Shown: in pieces, positions 1 to 12,175 of the stretch
Layout of the letters: each line of letters starts with the position of its first letter
Numbering within the stretch: position 1 is the stretch's first letter
Assembly: GCF_001194135.2 (NCBI RefSeq)
Contig: NC_068991.1
Span: forward strand, 16,339,581-16,403,580
Direction: 5' to 3'
DNA: 64,000 bases
Source of the DNA: Octopus bimaculoides
Lineage: Eukaryota
Program-made: the position numbers and the translations under genes
Notes under the pieces: generated by a model
The model's database searches: none
What the model was told of the DNA's origin: nothing
What the model saw: only the letters and a program-made list of their open reading frames with translations

Positions 1-721
1 GGGATGAGCAACTTGGTTTTAATTCTCCTTGTTCCTCAATGTCATCATTTTAACATCCATGTTTCCATGCTAGCATGGGTCAGATGGAATTTGTTGAGGC
101 AGATTTTCTACAGCCAGGTGTCTTTGTATCACTAATGCTGCTCACCTATTTCCAAGTAAGGTAATAAATATTTCCCCATAGCAAGGCATGCTTTTCATAG
201 AAGACTAGAAACAAACCAGCATCACTTGTATGCCAGTGATGCTCATGTACAACGACATACGATGGGCTTCTTTCAGTTTCCATCAATCAAATCCACTCAA
301 GGCTTTGGTCAGCCTGTATCTATAGTAGAGGACATTCACCCAAACTACTGCAGAGTGGAGTAGAATTCAAAAGCAAAGTTTTTAACCACACAGCCATGTC
401 AGTGCTTCAGTTCTTATTTATTTTATATTGTAAATGTCATTGTTGTTTAGCTGTAGGTTAGATGTGATGTGTGATGTAAGGCATTTCAACCATGACAGCC
501 ACATTTTTTGTTATTCAATATGTGCCACACTTTTCAGACATATAGGTTGTCATTTGAGGGAGATTTGGCTGGTATTTCTAGTAAACCAAAATGACTATAA
601 GGAGACTCCCTCATTGATCCTTGTGATGATTGGTAGATGGAAATTGCAGATGCTCATCACACACACACACACTCCCTCTCTCTCTTGTATGCATGTCTAT
701 TGGTCTGCTTGGTTAGAGCTG

Positions 722-1103
722 TTTGTTGGCACTCCGTCGCTTATGACGTCGAGGGTTCCAGTTGATCCGATCAACGGAACAGCCTGCTCGTGAAATTAAC
801 GTGTAAGTGGATGAGCACTCCACAGACACGTGTACCCTTAACATAGTTCTTGGGGATATTCAGCGTGACAGTGTGACAAGGCTGACCCTTTGAATTACAG
901 GCACAGCAGAAACAGGAAGTAAGAGTGAGAGAAAGTTGTGGTGAAAGAGTACAGCAAGGTTCGCCACCATCCCCTGCGCGAGCCTCGTGGAGCTTTAGGT
1001 GTTTTCGCTCAATAAACACTCACAACGCCAGGTCTGGGAATCGAAACTGCGATCCTATGACCGCGAGTCCACTGCCCTAACCACTGGGCCATTGCGCCTC
1101 CAC
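722..1103 (-). mobile_element. tRNA-derived SINE family A (about 380 bp)
   Basis: Head GGCCCAGTGGTTAG...GGTTTCGATTCCC (Pol III A/B boxes), (CAA)n tail. Near-identical copies at about 4269-4651(-), 12429-12817(-), 17152-17541(+), 36464-36814(+), 46783-47103(+) and 55337-55558(-, runs into a gap). Confidence 0.85.
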
Positions 1104-1750
1104 ATTGGTTAGAGCTAACCTGGGGCTAAATAGCATGAGATGGCAACTCTAACAATATTTATGATCCTAGTGGGGTTTGAACACTGACATACAGGAACAA
1201 AAAGTCAATGCTGTACAAACCATTGAAAAAGAGCCACTGTGTGATTGCTCAGCCTGCTAGAATAGCAGCTAAATCTTTCTCAAATCACAAAGAAGGGATA
1301 TATTGCTTGATGTGATTCCATAAAGAAGACAGGATGGTCATGGCAAGAATGCCTTTGATCATGGCAAGAATGCTTTTGATCATGGATCTATTTGATCAGA
1401 GCTGATTTAGGGATAAACAACGACTCAGTTTTAATGTCTTGAGTTCAAATCCTATCCAGGTTAGCTTTGCTTTTTATTCCTCCAGGGATCGATAAAATAA
1501 AGTACCAGTGATACACTGAGGATAAATGGTATTGACTAACCTCTTCCTTTCAAAATTGGTAACCTGGTGCCTAAATTAGAAACTGTTAATTAACTAAAAA
1601 AAAAACCCCAGTTTTATTCTTTTATTCCATTATTCTTTATTTGTTTCAGTTGTTGAACAATGGCCATGCTGGGGCTGTTTCAATTATTTAATAATTTTCT
1701 TTTAATTATTGGTATCTCACTCAATACTTGCTTCCCCTTTTTTATTGCAG

Positions 1751-1801
1751 GTCTTTTGGGAGACAATGGAATTCTACCAGCCAGAGTTGTTAAGCTCAAA
1801 G
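1751..1801 (+). CDS. LMF2: LMF2 first coding exon in the window (GLLGDNGILPARVVKLK); exon 1 is upstream
   Basis: ttgcag acceptor, G|gtaaat donor, 51 nt, phase 1 to 1. GxxGxxGILPAR matches the LMF family N-terminal motif. Confidence 0.92.
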
Positions 1802-3139
1802 GTAAATCACCAAACTTTTCTTTTGACAATTTTTTCAAAATAGTCGCGATAGACTCCAGTATACTTCTACGCTTGGTCCCACTGCATAGCTCTTTGGATA
1901 AGTGTTTTCCGTTTTACTCTTGGTTCAACCAGTGCTATCTGGATGAAATCTGCTAAACAGAAACCATGCATAAGGCTGATGTATCTTTTCTCTTGTTCTG
2001 GTTTCAGTCATTAGACTGTGGCTATGCTGGGGGCATGGCTTTGAAGAATTATAGTTGCACAAATCAACCCCAGTAGTGATTTTTATTTATTTATTTTTTT
2101 TTTGTTGTTTTTTTTTGTTTTAAAGTTTGGTACTTATGCTGTTGGTCTCTTTCACCAAACTGCTAAATTGTAGGTGCAACAATACCAGTTGTCAACTGGT
2201 GGTGGCGGACACACACACACACACACAATGGACTTCTTTCAGTTTCCATCTGCCAAATCTACTCAGAGGGCTTTGGTCAGTTCAAGGCTATAGTAGAACA
2301 TGCCCAAGGTGCCATCCAGTGGGTCTGAACCCAGAACCATGTGGTTGGGAAGCTAACTTCTTATAACATTTTCATGCCGTGCCTATATTTTTATGTCCAT
2401 TGTCTGTGTTTGTGAATACTTGTATAAGAATGAGTCCAGTATTTCTTTTGCATTACAAAGTTAATGTAGCCAGTTGATGCACTGTTGCCTCTAGCTGAAA
2501 GGAATGGCTCTTAGTAATGAGAATATGGGTTTAGTAGTAGTTTACAAAGCTTTGTGAGTGACACAGAAATTTACATGAGTGAGTGGAGGCACTCTGCCAG
2601 CAAGAACATATTCTTGCTTTTTATTATGGCATATAGTGAATAGTCCATTGTTTGTGTTAACTCATTTTTTTTTTGTATTATGTTTTGGACCTCCAGTGCA
2701 ATAGCAGTAAGGAATGCTCAATCCAAGATATTAATTGGTTCAAATTCATGTGATTCCAACCTTCCTAACACCCATAGGGATCAATAAAATGCATAACTGA
2801 CTGAAATGAATAAAAGATTAAAAGAAGAAGCATATGAATCAATAGAACAGCAATTCATTAGACTAATAACATATCTTTAGAGATGAATAGATGCTTTAAT
2901 ATTTACAACTATGCTACAGTTTGATTGATTTAATTTCATTTGTCATTAGATATCTTATTCCTGGATGCATAGACAGTACCGGAAAGTTAGTGAAATAGCA
3001 GGGTTCTTTGAGCATTGGATTGTGTCTTAGATCTGTTATGCTTCTACAGGCTCAATAGGCCAGAGTTTATCCTGGTTTTTATGACATGTAAGTGATTGAG
3101 ATTACAAGTCTTTTCTCTGAAAGGAGCACCAGTCTATGA

Positions 3140-3270
3140 CTGGCGCCATGTAAGAGACACTGGAGCTGGTGCCATGTAAAAAGCACTGGCACTGGTGCTA
3201 TGTAAAAAAGCGCTGGTGCCACGTAAAAAAGCGCTGGTGCCACGTAAAAAAGCGCTGGTGCCATGTAAAA
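3140..3270. repeat. 21-bp minisatellite (AAAAAAGCGCTGGTGCCACGT), about 6 degenerate units
   Basis: Direct tandem repeats visible; this explains the VAPALFY repeat ORF. Confidence 0.85.
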
Positions 3271-3736
3271 TGCTCTAATCCATTAAACTACTGATGTATG
3301 TATTTTGATTTCTTAAGGTTAAGGTTTATAATATAGAAACTTAGAAACAAGCATAGCTGTATAAGTAAGAAGCTTGTTTCTAAACTATGTTGAGTTCAGT
3401 CCCACTGCACAGCACCTTGGGAAAGCATCTTCTGCTGTAGCTCTGGTCTGACCAATGCCTTGTGAGTATATTTGCTAGACAAAAACTGAAAGAAGCTTGT
3501 ACATATGTGCACACATATTTGTGTGTCTATTTGTATATCTGTCTGTCTTACTCAATCTCTCTGTATATCTCTCGCTCTAACTTTTTCTCCAACTCTCCTG
3601 TCGCTCTCTAGCTTTCTGTATAGCTCTCTGTATATCTCTCTCTTTCTAGCTTTCCCTTATCTCTCTTTCTTCTTAACTATCTAACTATCTTTGTCTCTCT
3701 CTGTATCACTTATTTATTTATCTATTTATTTTACAG

Positions 3737-3939
3737 AGGTCGATTCAGTTGTGGATTTCTTCCAAGGGGAATTCACTCTGCTGCGGCTGATGCCCTTCAT
3801 TGGGCTCACCCGAGAGACAGGAATGGACCTGCTGTGCCTACTGGGTATTCTCTTGTCATTCCTGTGTATGGTGATGAAGTCTTTCCGGAACAGTGTAGAA
3901 TATAGCTTCCTTTGGCTGCTCTACATATCTTTGTACTCA
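3737..3939 (+). CDS. LMF2: LMF2 exon (EVDSVVDFF...GMDLLCLLG...LWLLYISLYS)
   Basis: ttacag acceptor, TCA|gtaagt donor, 203 nt, phase 1 to 0, in frame with the previous exon. G(M/L)(D/E)LLxLLG and LWxxYxS are LMF2-like. Confidence 0.93.
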
Positions 3940-5075
3940 GTAAGTAATATTTTAGCTTGGTTATGGTATTATTGTTTAACCCCAGGTCAATCCTGACTGA
4001 GCAGACCCATGATCAAAGGCATTTTTTCCATGACTACTCTGTCCTTCTTTTGGGCATTGCATGTCTAGGGATACATTATCTAATGTGATCTTCCTTTCTC
4101 AAGATGCCAAGTTGTAATTTCAGAGTGATTTGGCTGCTAGTTCTTGCAGGAGATTGAACATGTAGAAAAGCCCTCTGAAGTATGGCATGGAATGATCTAC
4201 TGTGGTCTGTTGCAGTATTTGGTCTGGTGTTGATTAACCCTAGGGCTGCTCAGAGGGTGGAAACCTTTTGTTGTTGGCACTCCGTCGCTTACGACGTCAA
4301 GGGTTCCAATTGATCTAATCAACGGAACAGCCTGCTCGTGAAATTAACGTGCAAGTGGCTGAGCACTCCACAGACACGTGTACCCTTAACGTAGTTCTCG
4401 GGGATATTCAGCGTGACGCAGTGTGACAAGGCTGACCCTTTGAATTACAGGCACAACAGAAACAGGAAGTAAGAGTGAGAGAAAGTTGTGGTGAAAGAGT
4501 ACTGCAGGGTTCGCCACCATCCCCTGCCGGAGCCTCGTGAAGCTTTTAGGTGTTTTCGCTCAATAAACACTCACAACGCCCGGTCTGGGAATCGAAACCG
4601 CGATCCTATGACCGCGAGTCCACTGCCCTAACCACTGGGCCATTGCGCCTCTGGTGGAAACCTATGATAACAATAAAAAGCATGCATGCTTGTTTATTGT
4701 AATGCATGCACAATTGTGTGGTTAAGAAGATAGCATATTTGATGGCATTGTGTGAAATAGGGGTTACGGTCTTGAACTCATATTTTGTATTTTTGCAAGT
4801 TCAATTCGTGGAGCAGGTGGAATGTCCTTGAGCAAGGCACTTAATTTCACATTACCTCAGTTTTCCCAGATGAAACCGAATACCAGTTGACAGCTGCTAT
4901 AGCAGTCTAAGCCTTTCAGCTGTCACATCCTCAATGTTCTGCTGGATCAAGGAGTGTGAAGGCTGATAAGGTATCTATCACAGCTCACAGCCACATAAGC
5001 ACTTAAAAGTACATGGTACATGCTATTAGGTCATACGTGCTTGCGAGTGATATCTGTGTTGTTTTTGTTATATAA

Positions 5076-5109
<34 letters not shown>

Positions 5110-5110
5110 A

Positions 5111-6387
5111 TTGGGTCATCCCATAAATAATGCGGTTTTTTCAATTGCATGAACTAAAAATCAGAGGGGGGCGGGATAAACTACCTGCATCAACTTGCTA
5201 TAAAAGCAGTTAGTAATTTTACTTTGTACTTATTCTTAGTGCAAGTTTTGAAGAGTGCAGTTTGATTTTAACAGTTATTTCAAAGCTATAATAGAAGTTG
5301 TAAAAGAGCATGTTCAGCATATTTTGCTTTATGAATTCAATAAAGGCAACAACACAACAGAAAATGCATGGAATATTAATGCAGTATATGGGGATCGGAC
5401 AATAAGCGTAAGCCAGTGTCAAGAGTGGTTCCAGAAATTCCGAGCCAGAAACTACAGCCTAGAAGACAAACCTCATCCTGGAAGATCTGTAGTGCGTGAC
5501 GAGGATGTCTTGCAAATCCTGGTAGAACAAAATCCCATCATAACTGTTGAGGAACTAGCAGAGAAGCTTGGATTTGGTCATTCAACCATTCATTGACACC
5601 TGCATGCCATCGGAAAGTCAGAAAATTAGGTCAATGGGTTCCTCAAAAACTTTCCGAGTCTAATCGCGCGCAGAGAGTGAATGTGTGCTCTTCTTTGCTG
5701 TCACATCTCACGAATGAACCTTTTATGAACCGAATAATGACTGGTGATAAGAAATGGGTTCTCTATAAAAATGTCAAGTGCTGAAGACAGTTAGTAGGGA
5801 AGGGAGAAACACTGGCACCCCAGGCTAAAGAAGGTCTTCACCTGCCTAAGGTGTTGTTATCTGTTTGGTGGGATATGAAAGGTTTAGTCCACTTGGAACT
5901 TTTAAACCCAAACCAAATGATAACCAAGGAGATCTACTGTGAGCAGCTTGAGCAGCTTAAGTCAGCACTAGAAGAACAACCATCTTTGGTTTCAAGACGA
6001 AAGGTATTCTTCCATCAGGATAATGTTCGTGCACATACAGCGAGGATGACATTCCAAAAGATGGAGCATTTTGAATGGGAAATGATGCCCCACCCACCAT
6101 ATTTGCCGGACATTGCCCCATCTAATTATCATTTATTCCACATTCTTCAAAATCATTTGGACAGAACAAGTATGAACTTTGTAGATGAGGTCAGAATAGT
6201 ACTGGAGGAGTGTTTTTCATCATGGACAAGTGAATTTTGGAAATGGGGCCTTGCAAATCTAATAGATAGATGGAAGAGCATTGTAGAAAATGAAGGAGTG
6301 TATATTTTATATTAAAAAAGAACTTTATCTTAATTCTGAAAATTAAAAGAAGTATAAAAAATCCGCATTATTTATGGGATGACCCAA
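5111..6387 (+). mobile_element. Full-length defective mariner (DD34D) transposon, 1277 bp
   Basis: TIR TTGGGTCATCCCATAAATAATGCGG at both ends, TA target duplication (5109-5110 and 6388-6389). Transposase motifs WVPQKL, TGDKKW, HQDN and HPPYLPDIAPSNYHLF are split by stops and frameshifts. Confidence 0.95.
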
Positions 6388-6389
6388 TA

Positions 6390-6425
<36 letters not shown>

Positions 6426-6504
6426 CACATATTGTTAAAAATATTTTTTTTTTAATGATCTAGCATTGGTTTTCTTTAAAGGTTTATTTTTTTCTATCTT
6501 TAAG

Positions 6505-6533
6505 GTTGGCCAAACATTTTTCTACTTCCAGTG
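6505..6533 (+). CDS. LMF2: LMF2 29-nt microexon (VGQTFFYFQW)
   Basis: ctttaag|GTTGGCCAAACATTTTTCTACTTCCAGTG|gtaagt, phase 0 to 2. Encodes the conserved VGQxFxxFQW motif. Not in the ORF track. Confidence 0.93.
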
Positions 6534-6879
6534 GTAAGTATCACACCAATTTATTGCTTTCATCAGTCATGACATTGTGAAATGGATTTAAGTCTTTTAA
6601 TGGTTAATATTCCCTTACAACTGGAACTGTTTTAGTTCCAACATGCAGTCTCAGATCAAATTGCTTGTCTGACAAGTACAAGTCTGATATGTGAAATATA
6701 TATATTTATAAATACACACACACATATAAATATATACATGCATATATAAACACTCATCATCATCATATCATCATCATCGTTGTTTAACGTCCGCTTTCCA
6801 TGCTAGCATGGGTTGGACGATTTGACTGAGGACTAATGGACCAGGTGGCTACACCAAACTCCAATCTGATTTGGCAGAG

Positions 6880-6937
<58 letters not shown>

Positions 6938-7530
6938 ACACACATATATACATACACCCATGCACATATACACACGTGTATATAATATACACACACATGT
7001 ATATAATACACACTCACTCTCACTCACTCTCCTCCCCCCACAGAATATATATGTATAGATTTCAGTCAACGTTGTATTGATTGGTGTAAACATTTTACCT
7101 TTGTATAAAAATGTCTTTCTGGACAGAAGAGGAGGAATCAGCTGAACTAGTTTCAGTCCTGTTTTGGAATGTTAATAACTGAATACTCTGTTTTACTGTC
7201 TACAGAGACATTGCTTATAGTCTTACAATTTTAGCAAACATAACTAGGTGAGTGAAGGGGAGAGAGAGAGAGAGTATGAGCTTGAGTGGCTTTGTAAAAA
7301 GAGATTTAAAATAGTTACCAGGATTGATATATGACTGATTAAGAACTTTTCAAAGCACTTCCCCAGCCTGGCTGTAGTCCAATAAGTAGAACAATTGAAC
7401 AACACAACAGGAATGATTTTATTCATAGATTTACTCAATCCGGTCTGACCTGGGACAAAACAACAACCAATTAACTTGTATTACATATTGTATCTCATTC
7501 TCTAAATTAATCTGTGCCAGCACTGCTGCT

Positions 7531-7598
7531 ACCACCACCACCACCACCACCACCACCACCACCACCACCACCACCACCACCACCACCACCACCACCAC
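7531..7598. repeat. (ACC)n microsatellite
   Basis: Pure trinucleotide run in an intron. Confidence 0.95.
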
Positions 7599-7798
7599 TG
7601 TTAGTCTGTTTCACTTTTAGTTGTGGTCACTTTTTGTTTAGAATTTTAGTTCGCTTCTCAACCATGTGGTTTCAAGTTCAGTCTCACTGCATGACACCTT
7701 GGGCAAGTGTCTTCTACTATAGCCTTGGACTGACCAAAGTCTTGTGAGTGAATTTGGTAGGTGGAATTTCAAGTCCACTATATATATATATATAGTAA

Positions 7799-8016
7799 GT
7801 GGAGGCACGTGGCCTAGTGGTTAGGGTGTCAGCACCATGATCGTAAGATTGTGGTTTCGATTCCTGGACCGGGCGACACGTTGTGTTCTTGGGCAAAACA
7901 CTTCATTTCACGTTGCTCCAGTCCACTCAGCTGGCAAAAATGAGTAAAGCTGCGATGGACTGGCATCCTGTCCAGCTGGGGAACACCTATGCCATAGAAA
8001 CCGGGAAACTGGGCCC
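7799..8016 (+). mobile_element. tRNA-headed SINE with a CORE-like central domain
   Basis: A/B boxes, then TTGGGCAAAACACTT...CCACTCAGCTG and CTGCGATGGACTGGCATCCTGTCCAG. A related head occurs at about 27075-27178(-). Superfamily assignment is from memory. Confidence 0.6.
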
Positions 8017-8340
8017 ATAATCCTAAGCTTTAAAAGGGCACATTTATTTTTATTTTTATATATATAGTAATCCCTCAACAGGTTTTGCATTCCAAAACCT
8101 CCCGCGATAGGTGAAAATCTGTGAAGTAGAAACAGTACAGTTTTATGTGGCCCTACCACAAGTGCTTTTCACCACCAGAGGGACCAGTCTTAACACTTCT
8201 GCCAGACTGGTCCCTCTAGTGGTGAGATATATATATGTTTGTATGTATGGGTGAAAGTATATGAGTCCCGTACTTCCTTTTAATTGCTTGTATTTTATCT
8301 TTTTCCTTTCTTCTCTCATTGTTATTTCCGTCTGTTCCAG

Positions 8341-8543
8341 GGACATTCTTCTCTTAGAAGCAGGTTTTATCACCATTCTGGTAGCGCCGTTGAATATGTA
8401 TATATTTTTCTGGAAAACAGCTCCATACCACCATCATGACAACATCACGCTGTTTCTCATCAAATGGTTACTGTTTCGTTTGATGTTCGCTTCTGGTGTG
8501 GTCAAGTTGACCAGCATGTGTCCAACTTGGTGGGGATTAACAG
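8341..8543 (+). CDS. LMF2: LMF2 exon ([10 protein letters not shown]...[26 protein letters not shown])
   Basis: ttccag acceptor, CAG|gtattt donor, 203 nt, phase 2 to 1. Hallmark [23 protein letters not shown] motif of LMF2. Confidence 0.96.
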
Positions 8544-8749
8544 GTATTTATCATGTTAACCCTTTTCATATGACTGTTGTTGTTTTAACCTCAACTCAAT
8601 CCTGATTAGCACTTTTGATACCACCCTGCCTGAGACCACTCCTGGTTCTATGATACAAACGTCCCGTTTTAACCCTTTAACATATGTAGTACTTGGTTAG
8701 TAATTATTCTATTGACCTCTGCTCCCTTTTTCCCCCTTAAAAGAATGGA

Positions 8750-8907
8750 AGTTAACCCTAAAAGAATGAAAGGCAAAATTGACCTTGGCAAGATTTGAAC
8801 TTAGAACTTTAAGAGCTGGAAGAAATACAATGAAGTATTTTCTCCTACACACTGATGTTTCTGCCAATCCAGCATGTATGATGATGATAATAATAATAAT
8901 AATAATA

Positions 8908-8938
<31 letters not shown>

Positions 8939-9440
8939 TCCTTGCTACTAAAGGCACAAGGCCTGAAATTTGTGGGGAGGGGAGAATTTGATTAAATTGA
9001 CTCTAGTATTTCACTCGTACTTAATTTATCGACCCCAAAAAGAGTGAAAGGTAAAATCGACCTTGGCAGAATTTGAACTCAGAAGGTAGTGACAGGCGAA
9101 ATTACTGCATGCATTCCATCCAGCGTGCTAACGATTCTGCCAGTTAGCCACCTAAGTAGTAGTAGTAATAATAATAATAATAATAATAATAATCCTTTCT
9201 ACTAAAGGCACAAGGCCTGAAATTTTAGGGGAGGGAACTAGTTGATTACATCAACTCCAGTGTATCACTGGTACTTAATTTATCGCCCCTGAAAGGATGA
9301 AAGGTAAAGTCGACCTTGGCAGAATCTGAACTCAGAGTGCAGCAATGGGCAAAATGCCTCCAAGCATTTTGCCCCGTGTGCTAATGATTCTGTCAGCTCG
9401 CCACCTTAATAATGATGATAATAATAATAATAATAATAAT
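8750..9440 (-). mobile_element. Three head-to-tail copies of SINE family D separated by (AAT)n tails
   Basis: Repeated TTCTGAGTTCAAATTCTGCCAAGGTCGAT/GCCTTTCATCC core. Many dispersed copies, e.g. 22840-23040, 33540-33770, 63250-63420, 63680-63810. Confidence 0.75.
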
Positions 9441-9588
9441 GCTTTCTTTAGATATAAATCCAATACATTTTGTAAAGCTAGAGAGGGATTGTCTGTTCAA
9501 TCAGAAAAAAATAAAATATATAAATTTTTCATACTTTTTCTGTTTCCATGTATTCTAAATATTTTCCTTTTTTTTTTTCTTTATACAG

Positions 9589-9614
9589 CTCTCAATTACC
9601 ATTTTGAATCGCAG
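9589..9614 (+). CDS. LMF2: LMF2 26-nt microexon (ALNYHFESQ)
   Basis: Long pyrimidine tract plus atacag acceptor, CAG|gtaagt donor, phase 1 to 0. Matches the ALxYH(Y/F)E(T/S)Q motif. Confidence 0.92.
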
Positions 9615-10530
9615 GTAAGTCTAAACAATGGTTTGGTTTAAGCTATTGATAGCATGAGTATATGTTGCTATTGTCAGTTTTGAACACTGCTTAAGATTCT
9701 GGGTTCAATTTTACTGTGCCCCACCATAGGCAAGTGTCCTTTACTATAACTGTGTCAACTCAAAAGTCAAGGTGGAGGTGTGGTTGTGTGGTAAGAAGTT
9801 TGTCTCCCAACCACATCGTTCTGGGTTTAGTCCTACTGCATGGCACCTAGGACAAGTGTCTTCTACTATAGCTTTGGTCTGACGAAAGCCTCGAGTGGAT
9901 TTTGTATGCAGAAACTGAAAGAAGCCCATTATATATCTATCTATATATATATATATATCTCTCTCTATATATATATATATATCTATATATATATATATAT
10001 ATATAATGTGTGTGTGTCTGTGTTTGTCTCCTACCACCGCTTGACAACTGGTGTTTGTGTGTTTACATCTCCCATAACTTAGTAGTTCAGCAAAAGGGGC
10101 CAACAAAATAAGTACCAGGCTTCAAATAAAATAAAAAAAGTATTGGTCAGTTCGTCTGACTAAAAATTCAGGGCAGTGCCCCAGCATGGCCACAGTCTAA
10201 TGACTGAAACGAGTAAAAGATAATGAAGCTGGGTATGCAGAAATGGTATGGAAACCTGCCGGATGGACTGTGCTTGTAATTCAATAAGCTTGTTTTGTCA
10301 CAGTCATGTTTGGTTACACTGATCCTTCAAGGGGTTATGTTAAAGGCACATGTATTATAATAAAAGTGACGGAGTATTTCACCACAGGTACAAGGTGGAC
10401 TGTGCCTATAATTCAACAGACTAGTTATGTCACTCTTACATGCTGTGTCATGCTGATTCTGCTTGAGAGAATATTAAGAATACATTTGTCTGATAGATAC
10501 ACTGGTACGTACACGTGTGGTACTTATGTC

Positions 10531-11200
10531 GTCGTCGTTTAACGTCCGCTTTCCATGTTAGCATGGGTTGGACGATTTGACTGAGGACTGGTGAAACCAG
10601 ATGGCTACACCAGGCTCCAATCTGATTTGGCAGAGTTTCTACAGCTGGATGCCTTTCCTAACGCCAACCACTCAGAGAGTGTAGTGGGTGCTTTTACATG
10701 TCACCCGCACGAAGGCCAGTCAGGCGGTACTGGCAACGGCCACGCTCATCTCGCTCAAGAAACCTCATGTGTCACCCACACAAGAGCCAGCCCAGGGGCA
10801 CCGGCAACGATCTCGCTCGAAAATCCTACAACAACCCCACACAAGAGCCAGTTCAGGGGCACCGGCAACGATCTCGCTCGAAATTTCATGTGTCACCCGC
10901 ACAAGAGCCAGTCCAGGGGCACTGGCATAGTTATACCATATCATGAACTGTACTGTAATTGATCACAAACGTGTACACTCTCCCCACAGACGTGAACTCT
11001 TCCCCCAGGCATGCGCACTCTCTGTCTCACAGGCGCGCACGCTCTGTATCCCACAGGCGCGCGCACTCTCTGTCCCTGCAGGCACGTGCACCATCTGTCC
11101 CTGCAGGCACGCATGCCCTCTGCCCCCACAGGCACGCGCATTCTTTTTCTCTCTCCCACAGGCACATGCACTCTCTTCCACAGGCACGCATACTCTCTCA
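10531..11200 (-). mobile_element. RTE-type 3' end repeat (family C) running into ~60-bp and ~24-bp minisatellites
   Basis: (GAT)n tail with GCATGGAAAGCGGACGTTAAAC terminus. Other copies at about 6767-6880, 13465-13690, 15955-16106, 16757-16860, 18680-18820, 19005-19290, 45181-45380 and 45551-45685. Confidence 0.7.
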
Positions 11201-11576
11201 AACACATGCAAGTACATACGAATGCACTTACACAAATGTACACTTGTGTATGCTCATGTAAATTCAAACTCACATTGCACAAACACTTATAAAATGCTCA
11301 CTGTATCATCTTGATATCATATGAGGATTACATTGAAGGTACACCCTTCTGAAATATTCAATTGCTTATTCTATAGTACACGATGAATATTGTTCTTGTA
11401 TTTGAGAGGGCCAGCTTTGCGACACACATTCTCTGTCATGTTGATTCTTCGTGAGGACATGAACATCATGTAATCCCAGTTCCTCCTTCTTAGAGATCTG
11501 TATGGCTTTGTGACAATTTTATATTTCAATGTCTATTTTTTTCCATTAAAATTCTCTTTTTGTTTTTAAATTCCAG

Positions 11577-11729
11577 TGTATTCCAACTCAGCTAGCCTGG
11601 TTTACCCACCATTTACCAAACTGGTTACTCCGATTAAGTGTCACCTTTACATATATGATTGAAATTTTTCTGCCATTCCTATTCTTTTCTTCAATACGCC
11701 ATCTACGAATGCTTTCATTCTATGCACAG
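11577..11729 (+). CDS. LMF2: LMF2 exon (CIPTQLAWFTHHLPNWLLRLSVTFTYMIEIFLPFLFFSSIRHLRMLSFYAQ)
   Basis: ttccag acceptor, CAG|gtgagt donor, 153 nt, phase 0 to 0. CxPTxxAWxxHxLPxW motif. Translated by hand; not in the ORF track. Confidence 0.94.
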
Positions 11730-12141
11730 GTGAGTTCACTTTCATTACTACTACATGACACAACATAATGTTTTACAAATCCCAGAACTCGTACCTTCTG
11801 GTATTTGATTAAGTTTCTTTACATCCTGAGACAGGTGCAAGCATAGCTGTGTGGTTAAGAAGTTTGCTTTCCATTTGCATAGTTAATAATCTAAATCATC
11901 TTGTTATCACCTATGTTGTAGACTATTATTACGAAAGCAGTAAGCTGGCAGAATTGTTAGCATGCTCGACAGAATGCTTTGTGGTATTTCATATGTCATT
12001 ATTTCTGAGTTCAAATTCAGCTGAGGCTGACCTTACCTTTCAGTCTTTCATGGTCTATAAAATAAGTACCAGTCAAGCACTGGTGTTGATGTAATCAACT
12101 AACCCCCAACTTTTCAGGCCTTGCACCTATAATACAAAGGG

Positions 12142-12175
<34 letters not shown>

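Noticed and set aside
434-793. 119-aa ORF and recurrent ...VGTPSLMTSRVPVDPINGTACS peptides
   Set aside because: The shared peptide is the translated SINE A tail. No LMF2 exon 1 (LFL...FxSLYxQ) was found in 1-1750.
6784-7093. YI/CV/HT-repeat ORFs (also 9744, 25363, 32794-33361, 60599)
   Set aside because: Translations of (TA)n/(TG)n microsatellites.
7514-7747. Poly-proline ORF
   Set aside because: An (ACC)n microsatellite followed by a SINE fragment; no splice or homology support.
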